In this document: positions 20,193 to 30,072 of the stretch, one piece after another
Position numbering within the stretch: position 1 is the stretch's first letter
Layout of the letters: the number at the start of each line of letters is the position of its first letter
From: a virus
Taxonomy: Duplodnaviria > Caudoviricetes
DNA: 64,000 bases
IMG/VR virus record: IMGVR_UViG_3300032225_000686
Strand: one strand, 5' to 3'
Notes under the pieces: generated by a model
Databases searched by the model: none
What the model was told of the DNA's origin: nothing
Seen by the model: only the letters and a program-made list of their open reading frames with translations
Made by a program: the position numbers and the translations under genes

Positions 20193-21605
20193 ATGGAACT
20201 AACAATTTCAGAAGCACTTCAGAGTAAGTGGAAGCCGGTGCTAGAGCATCCGGAACTTCCCGAAATCTCTGACCCATACCGCAAGGCGGTTACAACGATT
20301 CTTTTAGAGAATCAGCAGCAGTATCTCCGCGAAGACGGTCCTGCTAACATCTCAGGCAACGATGGCGGTCTAGCCTCACCAGCGGGCATGGCTCGTTGGG
20401 ATCCGATCCTCATCTCGCTCGTTCGTCGTTCAATGCCAAACCTAATGGCATACGATGTCTGCGGCGTTCAGCCGATGAGTGGTCCAACAGGACTTATCTT
20501 TGCTCTACGCAGTCGCTACAACAACCAGTTCGGTGACGAAGCACTATTCCAAGAAGCCAACAGCCGCTTCTCAGGTGCATCGGCAGGCGGATTGACTGGT
20601 GTAGGTTACGGTCAGACCGCTACCTTTGGTGGCGTAACCGCAACCGATACTGATCCTTTCTACGCAGGCATAGGATCAGCCAGTTCAACTGGTAGTTTCT
20701 TCGGCTTGGGTGGTGGTACAGGCGATCCGTTCCTCGGAACCGCAATGGCAACCAATGCAGGCGAATCACTTGGTTATCCAAACGGTTCACAGGCTGCTGG
20801 TTCACAGTTTGCACAGATGGCATTCAGCATTGAGAAGGCAACCGTAAGTGCTCAGACCCGCGCATTGAAGGCTGAGTACACGATGGAACTCGCTCAAGAC
20901 TTGAAGGCTATTCACGGTCTTGATGCAGAGACAGAACTCGCCAACATTTTGTCAAGCGAAATCCTTGCCGAAATCAACCGCGAAGTCGTTCGTCGCATCT
21001 ATGTGTCAGCCAAGTTGGGTGCTCGCAGCGGTCTAACTCAGACCACAGGCGTGTTCGACTTGAATGTTGACTCCAACGGTCGTTGGTCAGTCGAGAAGTT
21101 CAAGGGCTTGCTCTTCCAAATTGAGCGTGAGTGCAACGCAATCGCCAAGGAAACCCGTCGTGGCAAGGGTAACTTCATCGTCTGCTCGGCAGATGTTGCA
21201 AGTGCTCTAAGCATGGCAGGCGTACTTGACTATGCTCCAGCATTGTCAACCAACCTCAATGTGGACGATACGGGCAACACATTCGCAGGCGTTCTAAATG
21301 GCCGCCTCCGCGTGTACATCGACCCATACGCTTCACAGACAGCAGCACATGAGTTCTTCTGCGTCGGCTATAAGGGTTCAAGCCCATACGATGCAGGTCT
21401 CTTCTACTGCCCATATGTACCTCTACAGATGGTTCGTGCAGTTGGTGAGAACTCATTCCAGCCGAAGATCGGATTCAAGACCCGTTACGGTCTAATCCAC
21501 AACCCCTTCGTGCTAAACGCAAACGGCGCAGTAACAAGCGACATCGAAGCAACCGTTCGTCGCAATATGTACTACCGCATCGTCAAGGTAACCAACCTCT
21601 TCTGA
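20193..21605 (+). CDS. gp23: Major capsid protein gp23
   Basis: LISLVRRSMPNL, GVQPMSGPTGLIFA, RALKAEYTMELAQDLKAIHGLDAE, FQPKIGFKTRYG. Confidence 0.98.
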   Translation: MELTISEALQSKWKPVLEHPELPEISDPYRKAVTTILLENQQQYLREDGPANISGNDGGLASPAGMARWDPILISLVRRSMPNLMAYDVCGVQPMSGPTGLIFALRSRYNNQFGDEALFQEANSRFSGASAGGLTGVGYGQTATFGGVTATDTDPFYAGIGSASSTGSFFGLGGGTGDPFLGTAMATNAGESLGYPNGSQAAGSQFAQMAFSIEKATVSAQTRALKAEYTMELAQDLKAIHGLDAETELANILSSEILAEINREVVRRIYVSAKLGARSGLTQTTGVFDLNVDSNGRWSVEKFKGLLFQIERECNAIAKETRRGKGNFIVCSADVASALSMAGVLDYAPALSTNLNVDDTGNTFAGVLNGRLRVYIDPYASQTAAHEFFCVGYKGSSPYDAGLFYCPYVPLQMVRAVGENSFQPKIGFKTRYGLIHNPFVLNANGAVTSDIEATVRRNMYYRIVKVTNLF

Positions 21606-21633
21606 TTCGTCAGAATTAGGTTACTACTACAAT

Positions 21634-21668
21634 GGGGCAACGCCTCCGAAAGGGGGCGTTGTTCTTTT
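21634..21668 (+). terminator. Rho-independent terminator
   Basis: GCAACGCCTCC-GAAA-GGGGGCGTTGT stem plus T tract. Confidence 0.85.
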
Positions 21669-21675
21669 CTAAATA
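21669..21675 (+). promoter_or_regulatory. Late promoter, leaderless
   Basis: CTAAATA 5 nt before ATG 21681. Confidence 0.65.
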
Positions 21676-21680
21676 CTCTT

Positions 21681-22226
21681 ATGGCAGACAAAGACTACGG
21701 GCTACCCTCATTTGTAAACTACGGGTCGCTACAGAGACAGCCGCCCAATACTAACCTAACGGCTCAAACGAACTTTGTGTTTGTATTGCCCAAGGTTCCA
21801 AACTCTGTATATTTCTGTACATCAGTAACCATACCCGGCATGAGTTGCCCATCCATATCAATAAAGACGGGTAGAGGATTAGCGGTAAAGACACCAAGTT
21901 CAGAAGTTACTCATGGAGATTTAGTGTTCACATATCTCATAAATGAAGACATGAGTAACTACGATGAACTCATGACTTGGTTTAGAACCATGACATCATT
22001 CCGCGATTTTGAGGGTCTAGCAAACTATCGTAATTTCATGAGTGAAGAAGGACAATTAGTGATCCTATCCAACAAGAAAAACCCTATGGCTAGATTCCAT
22101 TTTCGTGGACTATTCCCATCAAATCTATCGGGTGTTACCTTCAATAGTGCTGATCCAGAGGCAAACTCTTTGATTGCTACTTGCACTATGCAATTCACCT
22201 ACTACACCATAGAGTCTCTAATATGA
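21681..22226 (+). CDS. Tail completion protein gp3-like (paralogue 1)
   Basis: F-x-F-x-L-x-K-x-P, YFC-x2-V-x-IPG, L-x-NEDM-x-NY, FP-x-NLSG; follows gp23. Confidence 0.8.
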   Translation: MADKDYGLPSFVNYGSLQRQPPNTNLTAQTNFVFVLPKVPNSVYFCTSVTIPGMSCPSISIKTGRGLAVKTPSSEVTHGDLVFTYLINEDMSNYDELMTWFRTMTSFRDFEGLANYRNFMSEEGQLVILSNKKNPMARFHFRGLFPSNLSGVTFNSADPEANSLIATCTMQFTYYTIESLI

Positions 22227-22762
22227 GTGACGATAAACCATACGGCATACCCGATAGACCATACGGTGGGCTTCAAGGAAGACCCAAGAATACCAATCTG
22301 TCTGTACCTCAGAACTTTGAGTTTCACATACAGAAGTTACCTAACTTCTCATATTTCATTCAGAGTGTTGGTATTAATGACATGGGTGGAGACCCAATTG
22401 AAACCGAATTCATGCTTGGTCCAAAAGTCAAGATACCTGCTGCTACAGCAAGAATAGGAACTCTGACCATAAACTTCTTGGTGAATGAAGACTTCACTAA
22501 TTACTTTGAAGTTATAAAGTGGATGCGTGAAGGTACGGCATACACGGATTTCTCCGAAGTAAAACCTTTGCTTGAAGTGTGGCATGAAGCCTCTTTGATA
22601 TATCTAACGAACAAGAAAAACCCATATCGAAAGATAACTTTCTTTGGTATATTCCCAACAGAGTTATCGGGATTTGATTTCAATTATTCGGACACGGAAA
22701 ACAAGCCCTTGGTAGCAACAGCCAAGTTCGCAGTCAATGACTACAAGGTAGAAAACCTTTGA
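22223..22762 (+). CDS. Tail completion protein gp3-like (paralogue 2)
   Basis: Same motif set (KLPN..YF, LVNEDF-x-NY, FPTELSG); ATG 22223 overlaps previous stop. Confidence 0.75.
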   Translation: MSDDKPYGIPDRPYGGLQGRPKNTNLSVPQNFEFHIQKLPNFSYFIQSVGINDMGGDPIETEFMLGPKVKIPAATARIGTLTINFLVNEDFTNYFEVIKWMREGTAYTDFSEVKPLLEVWHEASLIYLTNKKNPYRKITFFGIFPTELSGFDFNYSDTENKPLVATAKFAVNDYKVENL

Positions 22763-22786
22763 CTTTACTGTAGTTTGTGGTATAAT
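22759..22786 (+). promoter_or_regulatory. Sigma70-type promoter, leaderless
   Basis: TTGACT-16-TATAAT; 8 nt to ATG 22795. Confidence 0.8.
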
Positions 22787-22794
22787 CTATCGTT

Positions 22795-23232
22795 ATGAAT
22801 CTAGACAAACTGCGAGAGATGGTAGAAAAAGATATCGTCATAGACAAGACCGAGTTGGGCGATGAGTCCGCTCGTATTCCGCAGTTGCACAACAAGTATC
22901 TGAATGTGTTCCATGATGAAAGACTCATCCTTCACAAGATGACAACTTCTCTCAAGGAACTACGCAAGACCAAATGGGAGTGGTTCACAGGTAAGTTAGA
23001 CCATGAGCGTCTTGCTCAACTTGGATGGGAACCATTTCAGACTCGCATCATGCGTCAAGATTTAGACCTGTACATGGATGCTGATGCTGATCTAAATGAA
23101 CTAGAGGCTCGCCTTGCTCTACAGAACGAGAAGGTGGAGTATTTGGAGTCCATACTCAAGGGTATTGCACAAAGGCATTGGACTATTCGTAACGCCATAG
23201 AGTGGCGTAAGTTCACACAAGGCGTGGTATAA
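22795..23232 (+). CDS. uvsY: Recombination mediator UvsY
   Basis: D-x2-ID, ES-x-RIPQLH-x-KYL, Y-x-DAD, IRNAIEWRKF. Confidence 0.92.
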   Translation: MNLDKLREMVEKDIVIDKTELGDESARIPQLHNKYLNVFHDERLILHKMTTSLKELRKTKWEWFTGKLDHERLAQLGWEPFQTRIMRQDLDLYMDADADLNELEARLALQNEKVEYLESILKGIAQRHWTIRNAIEWRKFTQGVV

Positions 23233-23259
23233 CACCTCCACTAGTCACCCTAAATATGG

Positions 23260-24771
23260 GTGATGAGTGTGATTTCTGTATCATGGGTAAATACTGTCCA
23301 TGCTCGCATCATGACCGAGCCGGGTGTGGCTAAAGAGATACAGGAATACTTCACCTTTGAAGTTCCTAACGCCAAGTTTACCCCCGCTTATAAGAACAAA
23401 TATTGGGATGGAAAGATACGCTTGTTCACGCCGTTCAACGGCTTGCTATACATTGGGCTATTGGATTATCTAGCCGAGTTTGCCAAGGAGCGTAACTACG
23501 AAATCCAGTTAGATAATGACTTCACAGATAAGCCTCCCGAAGTCAATATGGATAGGATCAAGGAGTATCTTTCGTCTTTAGCCCCAAAGGCAGGGGGGAA
23601 AGATTTAGTGCCGCATGAACATCAATTGCAGGCTATACACACGGCTATAAACCGCGAGAGGGCGTTACTCCTATCTCCTACTGCTAGTGGCAAGTCTCTC
23701 ATCATCTACTCTTTGATTCGGTGGTATCAAGATATCATTCCGCCTGATCGGAAGATACTGATCGTTGTTCCAACCATCTCTCTTGTAACGCAGATGAAGT
23801 CGGACTTTGCTGATTATGCATCAGGAAGCGATTGGGATTCGGAGAAAAATTGTCATGCCATCTTTGGTGGTCAACAAAAGATGGATAGCAGACAAATCGT
23901 CATCTCAACATGGCAGTCTATATACGAATTGCCCAAGTCATACTTTGACCAATTTGAAGTTGTGATAGGTGATGAGGCTCACTTGTTCAAGGCACAATCA
24001 CTAACCTCCATCATGACCAAGTTGACAAAGTGTCCTTACCGTATTGCTTTGACAGGAACATTAGACGGAACCAAGACAAATAAGTTGGCTATTGAGGGTC
24101 TGTTTGGAGCAACAACCAAGGTCACAACAACCAAGGATTTGATTGACAAGAACCTACTGTCAACCCTGTCTATTGATTGCATCGTTTTGAACTATCCGCA
24201 AGAGATATGCAAGATGGTTAAGGATTTCCCTTACCCTGATGAGATGGACTATCTAGTAAACAACGGTAGGCGTAACGAATTCATCACACAGTTGGCTTTA
24301 CAAACCAAGGGCAATACCCTTGTTCTGTTTCAGTTTGTAGAGAAGCACGGTAAGCCACTCTATGAAATGATAGCAAGCAGAGCCAAGGATAGGCATGTGT
24401 TCTTTGTGCATGGAGAGACCGAAGCAGATTACCGCGAAAGTGTTCGTCAGATTACTGAAGGAGAAGAGAACGCCATCATAGTAGCCTCATATGGAACCTT
24501 CTCAACAGGCATAAATATTCGTAGTCTAAAGAACATCATCTTTGCTAGTCCATCAAAGAGCAGAATCCGAGTACTACAATCAATCGGAAGACAGTTGCGT
24601 AAGAGTGACAAAAAGGACAAAGCAAAACTCTACGATATTGCAGATGATTTGAGGTGGAAGAGTCGTAAGAACCACACTCTCAAGCACTTTGTTGAGAGAG
24701 TCAAAATCTATTCAGAAGAAGGGTTTCCTTTCCGTATGATTAGACTACCTGTTAAGGAGGTTACCAAGTGA
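23260..24771 (+). CDS. uvsW: SF2 DNA helicase UvsW
   Basis: WDGKIRLF, SPTASGKS, DEAH, QSIGR-x-LR; CTAAATA at 23250. Confidence 0.96.
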   Translation: MMSVISVSWVNTVHARIMTEPGVAKEIQEYFTFEVPNAKFTPAYKNKYWDGKIRLFTPFNGLLYIGLLDYLAEFAKERNYEIQLDNDFTDKPPEVNMDRIKEYLSSLAPKAGGKDLVPHEHQLQAIHTAINRERALLLSPTASGKSLIIYSLIRWYQDIIPPDRKILIVVPTISLVTQMKSDFADYASGSDWDSEKNCHAIFGGQQKMDSRQIVISTWQSIYELPKSYFDQFEVVIGDEAHLFKAQSLTSIMTKLTKCPYRIALTGTLDGTKTNKLAIEGLFGATTKVTTTKDLIDKNLLSTLSIDCIVLNYPQEICKMVKDFPYPDEMDYLVNNGRRNEFITQLALQTKGNTLVLFQFVEKHGKPLYEMIASRAKDRHVFFVHGETEADYRESVRQITEGEENAIIVASYGTFSTGINIRSLKNIIFASPSKSRIRVLQSIGRQLRKSDKKDKAKLYDIADDLRWKSRKNHTLKHFVERVKIYSEEGFPFRMIRLPVKEVTK

Positions 24772-25283
24772 ATAGAGCAGACATACGGATCATAAGGCTA
24801 AAGAACGGTGAGACAGTCATTGCCGGATTTGCTTATAACCAAATGACGGGTAAGGTGACTTTAGAAAGACCATTTCAAATAGCATCCATTCCTATCATGG
24901 GTAAAACAGGTGTGAAAAGTATGAGTCTGTATTTGAAGGATTGGATGGAATACAGCAAGGATCACCTATTTGCTATTCCTGATGATGTGATTATGCTTAT
25001 ATGCAGTCCCGAAGAAGAACTGATTCTTGATTACTTGGATGCAATAGAGCAAACCGATCTGATTAAAGTTCAACAAGACTTTGACTCAATAGCCAAGAAT
25101 TATCTCGGGGAAAATGGGGATGAAGATGATGACAACCCACAAGATATAGGGTATAATCCCAACAAGATATTTGAGGAAGGATTGAAAGGATCCGACCAGT
25201 TAGGCGGATTCCCTTACCCCGATGATGATATTGATGATGATGAAGAAGATGAGTTCGATCAACCTGATAGACCAGACGATTAA
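24768..25283 (+). CDS. Conserved T4-like hypothetical protein (Sm-like N-terminus, acidic tail)
   Basis: IIRLKNGE-x-VIA motif; between uvsW and gp55. Confidence 0.65.
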   Translation: MNRADIRIIRLKNGETVIAGFAYNQMTGKVTLERPFQIASIPIMGKTGVKSMSLYLKDWMEYSKDHLFAIPDDVIMLICSPEEELILDYLDAIEQTDLIKVQQDFDSIAKNYLGENGDEDDDNPQDIGYNPNKIFEEGLKGSDQLGGFPYPDDDIDDDEEDEFDQPDRPDD

Positions 25284-25388
25284 GTATACTACCGGTATCT
25301 GATAATCTAATTCTTTATTGAAACCAGACACCGGTATTTATGCTCCCAAAAGAGACACCACCCAAAAAATCTAGAAAGAATCTACAAA

Positions 25389-25952
25389 ATGGCAAAAAAT
25401 GAACACTACATAGACAACAAAAGGTTTCTAAAAGAGATAGTAGATCACAGAAAGGCCGCTAGAAAGGCAGAACGGGAAAATTTACCAAGACCCGGCGTTA
25501 ATGATTACATAGGGCAATGCTTCATGGACATAGCCCTGAATCTAGCCAAGAAGCCCAACTTTGCAAATTACCCATTCAAGGAAGAGATGATTGGTGATGC
25601 TATTGAAAACTGCATCATGTATTCCACCAACTTTGACCCCAATAAATCAAAGAATCCCTTCGCGTTCTTCACGCAGATAATCTTCTATGCTTTCCTTCGT
25701 CGCATACAGAAGGAGAAGAAGCAGTTGTACATCAAGATGAAGCAGTTTGAGCAGGTCGATCCTACTGGCAAGTTCCGTAATTGGCTGAAGGATAAGTTTG
25801 AGCCTGAAAATAATCCATTTGCTGATGTTCTTCAAATGAACGAGGAAGAGATGCTTGAGTTTGAAAAGAAGATCAAGCCCAAGAAGAAGAAGGCTGTAAA
25901 AAAGACAAAGGTAAATAAGGGCAAAAATCGCCTTGACAACTTCCTTGCTTGA
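25389..25952 (+). CDS. gp55: Late-transcription sigma factor gp55
   Basis: HYIDNK-x-FL, PNF-x-NY, NFDP-x-KS-x-NPFA-x-FTQI-x2-YAFLRRIQKEKKQ. Confidence 0.96.
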   Translation: MAKNEHYIDNKRFLKEIVDHRKAARKAERENLPRPGVNDYIGQCFMDIALNLAKKPNFANYPFKEEMIGDAIENCIMYSTNFDPNKSKNPFAFFTQIIFYAFLRRIQKEKKQLYIKMKQFEQVDPTGKFRNWLKDKFEPENNPFADVLQMNEEEMLEFEKKIKPKKKKAVKKTKVNKGKNRLDNFLA

Positions 25953-25961
25953 GGTTATACT
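25933..25961 (+). promoter_or_regulatory. Sigma70-type promoter, leaderless
   Basis: TTGACA-17-TATACT within gp55 3' end; 6 nt to ATG 25968. Confidence 0.75.
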
Positions 25962-25967
25962 TACGCA

Positions 25968-27008
25968 ATGAAAATCGCCCTACTCTGTGACACCCATTTC
26001 GGGGCACGGAACGATAGTCCCATATTCCTGCATCACTTCTTCCGATTCGTGGATGAGGTGTTCCTGCCGTACTTGGACAAAGAGGGCATCACCCACATAA
26101 TCCATTTGGGTGACCTAATGGATCGCCGCAAATTCGTGAACTTCGCTACTCTGCGAGAAACACGGAAGCGGTTTATTGAGCCTCTGAAGGAACGCAGAAT
26201 ACACATGACCGTGCTTCTCGGAAATCACGATACCTTCTTCCGCAATACAAGCGAGATCAACACGGTAGAGGAACTGTTTGGTAACGACGATTCTGTTACT
26301 GTGGTAAAAGACCCCCGCGAGTATGAGATTGGTGGGACTACTGTTCTACTCCTGCCGTGGATCAATAAGGGCAACGAGGAGGCTAGCCTAAATCTCATCA
26401 AGAATACCTCTGCCACCATAGTTATGGGACACTTGGAACTTAGTGGCTATGAGGTGTTGCGTGGCACTAAATTTGAAGAGGGTATGGACGCAGGTATACT
26501 CAAGGGCTTTGAGGCAGTCTACAGCGGTCATTTTCATTGCAAGCACAGCGGCGGGAATGTTCACTACTTGGGAACACCCTATCAGATCACCTTCAATGAT
26601 CTAAATGAGCCAAAGGGTTTCCATATCTTTGAGACAAGTGACCACTCTATCAAGTATGTGGAAAACCCGCTGCGTATCTTCACAGAACTCACTTATGACG
26701 ATTCTGCGAACCAATATGATAACCCATCATTCCCCTATATCAAGAATACCTTCGTTAGAGTGAAGGTGCTGAAGAAGGGAGACCCATCCATGTTCGACCG
26801 CTATATGGATGCGGTGAACTCTTCAGGTGCACACGGGGTTACTGTGATTGAGGACAAGAACAGCGGAATAGAAATATCACAAGAGGTTGATATCAGCAAG
26901 GACACACTCTCCATCATCAATCAGGAGATTGACCAAATTGAGATAGTCAACCCCAACAAACTCAAAACCATCATACGAGAACTGTATATGGAGTCACTTT
27001 TCAACTAA
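25968..27008 (+). CDS. gp47: Recombination endonuclease gp47 (Mre11/SbcD-like)
   Basis: DTHFG, GDLMDRRK, GNHD, GHLE, SGHFH. Confidence 0.96.
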   Translation: MKIALLCDTHFGARNDSPIFLHHFFRFVDEVFLPYLDKEGITHIIHLGDLMDRRKFVNFATLRETRKRFIEPLKERRIHMTVLLGNHDTFFRNTSEINTVEELFGNDDSVTVVKDPREYEIGGTTVLLLPWINKGNEEASLNLIKNTSATIVMGHLELSGYEVLRGTKFEEGMDAGILKGFEAVYSGHFHCKHSGGNVHYLGTPYQITFNDLNEPKGFHIFETSDHSIKYVENPLRIFTELTYDDSANQYDNPSFPYIKNTFVRVKVLKKGDPSMFDRYMDAVNSSGAHGVTVIEDKNSGIEISQEVDISKDTLSIINQEIDQIEIVNPNKLKTIIRELYMESLFN

Positions 27009-27018
27009 GGAGAACACA

Positions 27019-27333
27019 ATGGACACAAAGATTATGATCGTCAGAATGCGTAGTGGTGAGGATGTCATTTCACAGGTGGTCGATAACGGTGACACCTATA
27101 CCCTAACCAAGCCCGCCATGCTCGTTCCTGCGGGCAAGGGAGAGTTGGGGCTTCTGCCTTGGCTCATGTATGGAGAGATCGAAAACGGCATCACAATTTC
27201 AAAGGATGCTACCTTCTTTACTTTCAAGCCAATCAAGGGTTTGGAAGAGGAGTATCGTGCGGGATTCGTTAGCAAGTTGGTAACGCCATCGAAGAAGATC
27301 GCAACCCCGCAGATGAAGTTGGTCACAGACTAA
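27019..27333 (+). CDS. Conserved T4-like hypothetical protein (Sm-like)
   Basis: AAGGAG RBS; IVRMRSGEDVI...PW motif, usual neighbour of gp47. Confidence 0.7.
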   Translation: MDTKIMIVRMRSGEDVISQVVDNGDTYTLTKPAMLVPAGKGELGLLPWLMYGEIENGITISKDATFFTFKPIKGLEEEYRAGFVSKLVTPSKKIATPQMKLVTD

Positions 27334-27788
27334 ATCGACCGCCACTTCTTTCGGATCAATTCAATAAAGCGTAGAACATCCTCTTTGGGTTTATCTACAC
27401 AGGCTTCCTCGTAGATGTCCTCTGCGAGGAGCCTTTCTTTATTGAGAGACTCTTCTAGTTCTTTGATGTTTATGTTTTTTTCCTCTAGGAACTCAGACAT
27501 GTTCTTAAAACTTAAACTTTCGGGTTTGAGGTACTCATGTATGTCTGACTCATACCCCCGTTTGTTGATTAGGTCAAAGTCTAGGATAGGCTTGGTGAAA
27601 GCATCGGAGAACATACTCCACTCAATCATGAGTTCGTTGATGTTCTCACCATAGGGGTTTACGGCACTTTCGCTTATAGAGGCTACCTTTCTCTTATCGT
27701 CGTAGTAGACCTCATGAATTTCATAAAATGTGAAGGTTTTACCCCCCGAACGGTCATACTTCCTCAAAACTCGGTAGTCCCACGACAT
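27330..27788 (-). CDS. Hypothetical protein (W-x-YRV...IHEVYY family)
   Basis: GAGGA RBS; minus-strand CTAAATA at 27806-27812; paralogue of 43268-43552. Confidence 0.7.
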   Translation of the reverse strand: MSWDYRVLRKYDRSGGKTFTFYEIHEVYYDDKRKVASISESAVNPYGENINELMIEWSMFSDAFTKPILDFDLINKRGYESDIHEYLKPESLSFKNMSEFLEEKNINIKELEESLNKERLLAEDIYEEACVDKPKEDVLRFIELIRKKWRSI

Positions 27789-27805
27789 AGGCGGTTCCTC
27801 CCCTA

Positions 27806-27825
27806 TATTTAGGGTTTCCTAAATA
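27806..27825. promoter_or_regulatory. Divergent pair of late promoters
   Basis: TATTTAGG-GTTT-CCTAAATA inverted repeat between divergent genes. Confidence 0.65.
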
Positions 27826-27830
27826 CGGAC

Positions 27831-28748
27831 ATGAAGACTCTATCCGAACTAGTACAGTACCTAGAAGAAAAGTTAGTCATCGTAGGCAAGGGAAAGCCTT
27901 ACGGGCAGGTTATTTTCTTGGCAGGTGGTGCGGGTTCAGGTAAAGGATTCGCTATCTCAAACTTCATTCAGTCCTCGCAATTCAAAGTCTTTGACCCTGA
28001 CGAGATGAAGTTGTCATACTTGAAGTGGAATGATATTCACAACAAGTATCCCGAACTCAAAGGCAGAGACCTTCGTAACCCAAACGATGTTTCTTTCTTG
28101 CATCAATGGGTTAAGAGCAAGGGTTCAGAAGACAAGAAGATAAACGCCTTTCTCTCTATCGCAAGAGCAAAAGACATTCTTCCAAATATCATCTTTGACC
28201 GAACACTAAAAGACAACAGCGACTTTGCTAAGTTGGTTCCGATGCTTTTGGAAGCAGGATATCGCAAAGAGAACATGCACTTGATTTGGGTACTGACAGA
28301 CTTCCGTATGGCAGTACAACAGAACTTCGAACGCCGCAGAACCGTTCCCGTAAACATCCTGATTCAAACACACGCAGGAGCAGCAAAAAACATGCAGGAT
28401 ATGTTGACCAAAAACTACCCGTATCAGTACATAAACGGAGATGCGTTTGTGATCTTGGGAGGTCCATCAAATACGGTAATGTTTGAGCCATCCAAGCAGT
28501 CTGCTACGAGAGTTCCAAACATGATAGTCAAGGACTTCAAGTACATCAAAGTCAAAGAAGCAGGTCAGGCTTTGGATGATAACGAAAAGGTCAATAAGAA
28601 AATTCTGAATTGGGTGTATCAGAACGCTCCCTCAAAATCAGCCATAGATGATTTCTTGGATGATGAGGAAGAAAAGGATGCGGGAGGACCAACGGCATCC
28701 CGTCAACAGACCCTAAAACGCTTCAATATTCCTATCCCCACAAGATAG
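27831..28748 (+). CDS. Zeta-toxin/AAA_33-like P-loop kinase with capsid-targeting-like N-terminus
   Basis: LAGGAGSGKG, DPDE, IIFDRT, N-x-ERRRTVP lid; N-terminus MKTLSELVQYLEE. Confidence 0.7.
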   Translation: MKTLSELVQYLEEKLVIVGKGKPYGQVIFLAGGAGSGKGFAISNFIQSSQFKVFDPDEMKLSYLKWNDIHNKYPELKGRDLRNPNDVSFLHQWVKSKGSEDKKINAFLSIARAKDILPNIIFDRTLKDNSDFAKLVPMLLEAGYRKENMHLIWVLTDFRMAVQQNFERRRTVPVNILIQTHAGAAKNMQDMLTKNYPYQYINGDAFVILGGPSNTVMFEPSKQSATRVPNMIVKDFKYIKVKEAGQALDDNEKVNKKILNWVYQNAPSKSAIDDFLDDEEEKDAGGPTASRQQTLKRFNIPIPTR

Positions 28749-28771
28749 CCTAAATAAGACGGAGGTACATT

Positions 28772-29137
28772 ATGAACATACTAGCAGCCATATCATGGGT
28801 TGCAGCGACATTATTCGTCTGCTACAAGACATCCGCAGTCTATGAATATCTAAAGAGTTTACCGTTGCCAAATTGGCTAACTCACATGAAAGATTACGAA
28901 GCCGACCGCAAATATGATTTCGGGCTTTCTTACAAGATGTACATGATGACCATGAGAGATTCCTTTTTTATAAGATTGGTCACTTGTCCGTATTGCTTGG
29001 GTGCATGGCTTTCTTTGGGATTCTCTTGGGAATTCTCTTGCCTTGAGTGGTTGCCTGTGGTATACTTGGGAGGACTAACAAGTTACATGGTTGTTTCTAC
29101 AGCCATTTCTAAATTGGAGGCAGCAGATGGAAACTAA
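28772..29137 (+). CDS. Membrane protein, DUF1360-like
   Basis: Hydrophobic segments; LVTCPYCLGAW motif; CTAAATA at 28750; GGAGG RBS. Confidence 0.6.
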   Translation: MNILAAISWVAATLFVCYKTSAVYEYLKSLPLPNWLTHMKDYEADRKYDFGLSYKMYMMTMRDSFFIRLVTCPYCLGAWLSLGFSWEFSCLEWLPVVYLGGLTSYMVVSTAISKLEAADGN

Positions 29138-29414
29138 CACTTTCGATTCGCCGCAGGCTTTAATCAATTACCTAGTACCACACGAAGAAAAAATGAGAAC
29201 ACCTTCTGCTTTAGGTTCTTGGTATTGGCGGGCCAAACTTTGGTTTGACCCAAATGTGTGTGGATGCAAGAAAAAGAACATGAGTTTGCAGCAGATTGAG
29301 GACGGCTACAGAAACATGGTAAATTGGCCTGAAGGTGAAAAATCCGTCGCTCGCAATATTGCAGGATGCTCATTCACTATCATTATGAATGGAGTAACAC
29401 TAGGAACGATCTAA
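29127..29414 (+). CDS. Hypothetical protein
   Basis: GGAGG RBS before ATG 29127. Confidence 0.6.
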   Translation: METNTFDSPQALINYLVPHEEKMRTPSALGSWYWRAKLWFDPNVCGCKKKNMSLQQIEDGYRNMVNWPEGEKSVARNIAGCSFTIIMNGVTLGTI

Positions 29415-29428
29415 CACACGGAGGACAC

Positions 29429-30040
29429 ATGGACGCTAAATCCAAGAAGTTCATTAAGCATGTCCGTGAGCATTTGTCTGAATATGGTGGGAGACTGATA
29501 TTTGGCAGAGGTAAGAGAGTCAACTGTGGTGATGGCTGTAGGTCTATTGGTTTCTTCTCGGATAACCCAATTGAGATCAGAGTAGCAACTAAATCTAGAG
29601 ATCCAATCACGACTATAGCACACGAATATTCCCATTTTCTACAATGGATTGAGACCCCACAAAACATAATGAGAGCAGACGATAATGCAAGTCTCTTGAT
29701 GTTTGATTGGCTTGGTGGTAAAGAGTTTGAGAACCGCGATGTCGAAAAAGCATTCTGTAGAGTCATGGTTATGGAAAGAGATGCAGAGCGTAGGACCGTG
29801 GAACTCATCAAGAAGTTTGATCTGAATGTCGATATCGACAAATACATTCGCCAAGCAAACTGCTACATCTACATGCATTGGATCATGAAGGAACGCCGTT
29901 CTTGGAGATATAGACCCGGTTGCCCAGATCCATTCATTTCACGCACGGTAATGTCGATCATGCCAAATACATTCAAGGCAAAATCCGATCAGAAGATTCC
30001 TTCACACATTAGGGAAAGGCTTCTTTCTTACTTCCCTTGA
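29429..30040 (+). CDS. Zincin-like metallopeptidase (HExxH)
   Basis: IAHEYSHFLQ plus downstream MERDAE third-ligand motif; GGAGGA RBS. Confidence 0.7.
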   Translation: MDAKSKKFIKHVREHLSEYGGRLIFGRGKRVNCGDGCRSIGFFSDNPIEIRVATKSRDPITTIAHEYSHFLQWIETPQNIMRADDNASLLMFDWLGGKEFENRDVEKAFCRVMVMERDAERRTVELIKKFDLNVDIDKYIRQANCYIYMHWIMKERRSWRYRPGCPDPFISRTVMSIMPNTFKAKSDQKIPSHIRERLLSYFP

Positions 30041-30072
30041 TACCTACATAAAGGATAAGAAAGGAGGCTAAC

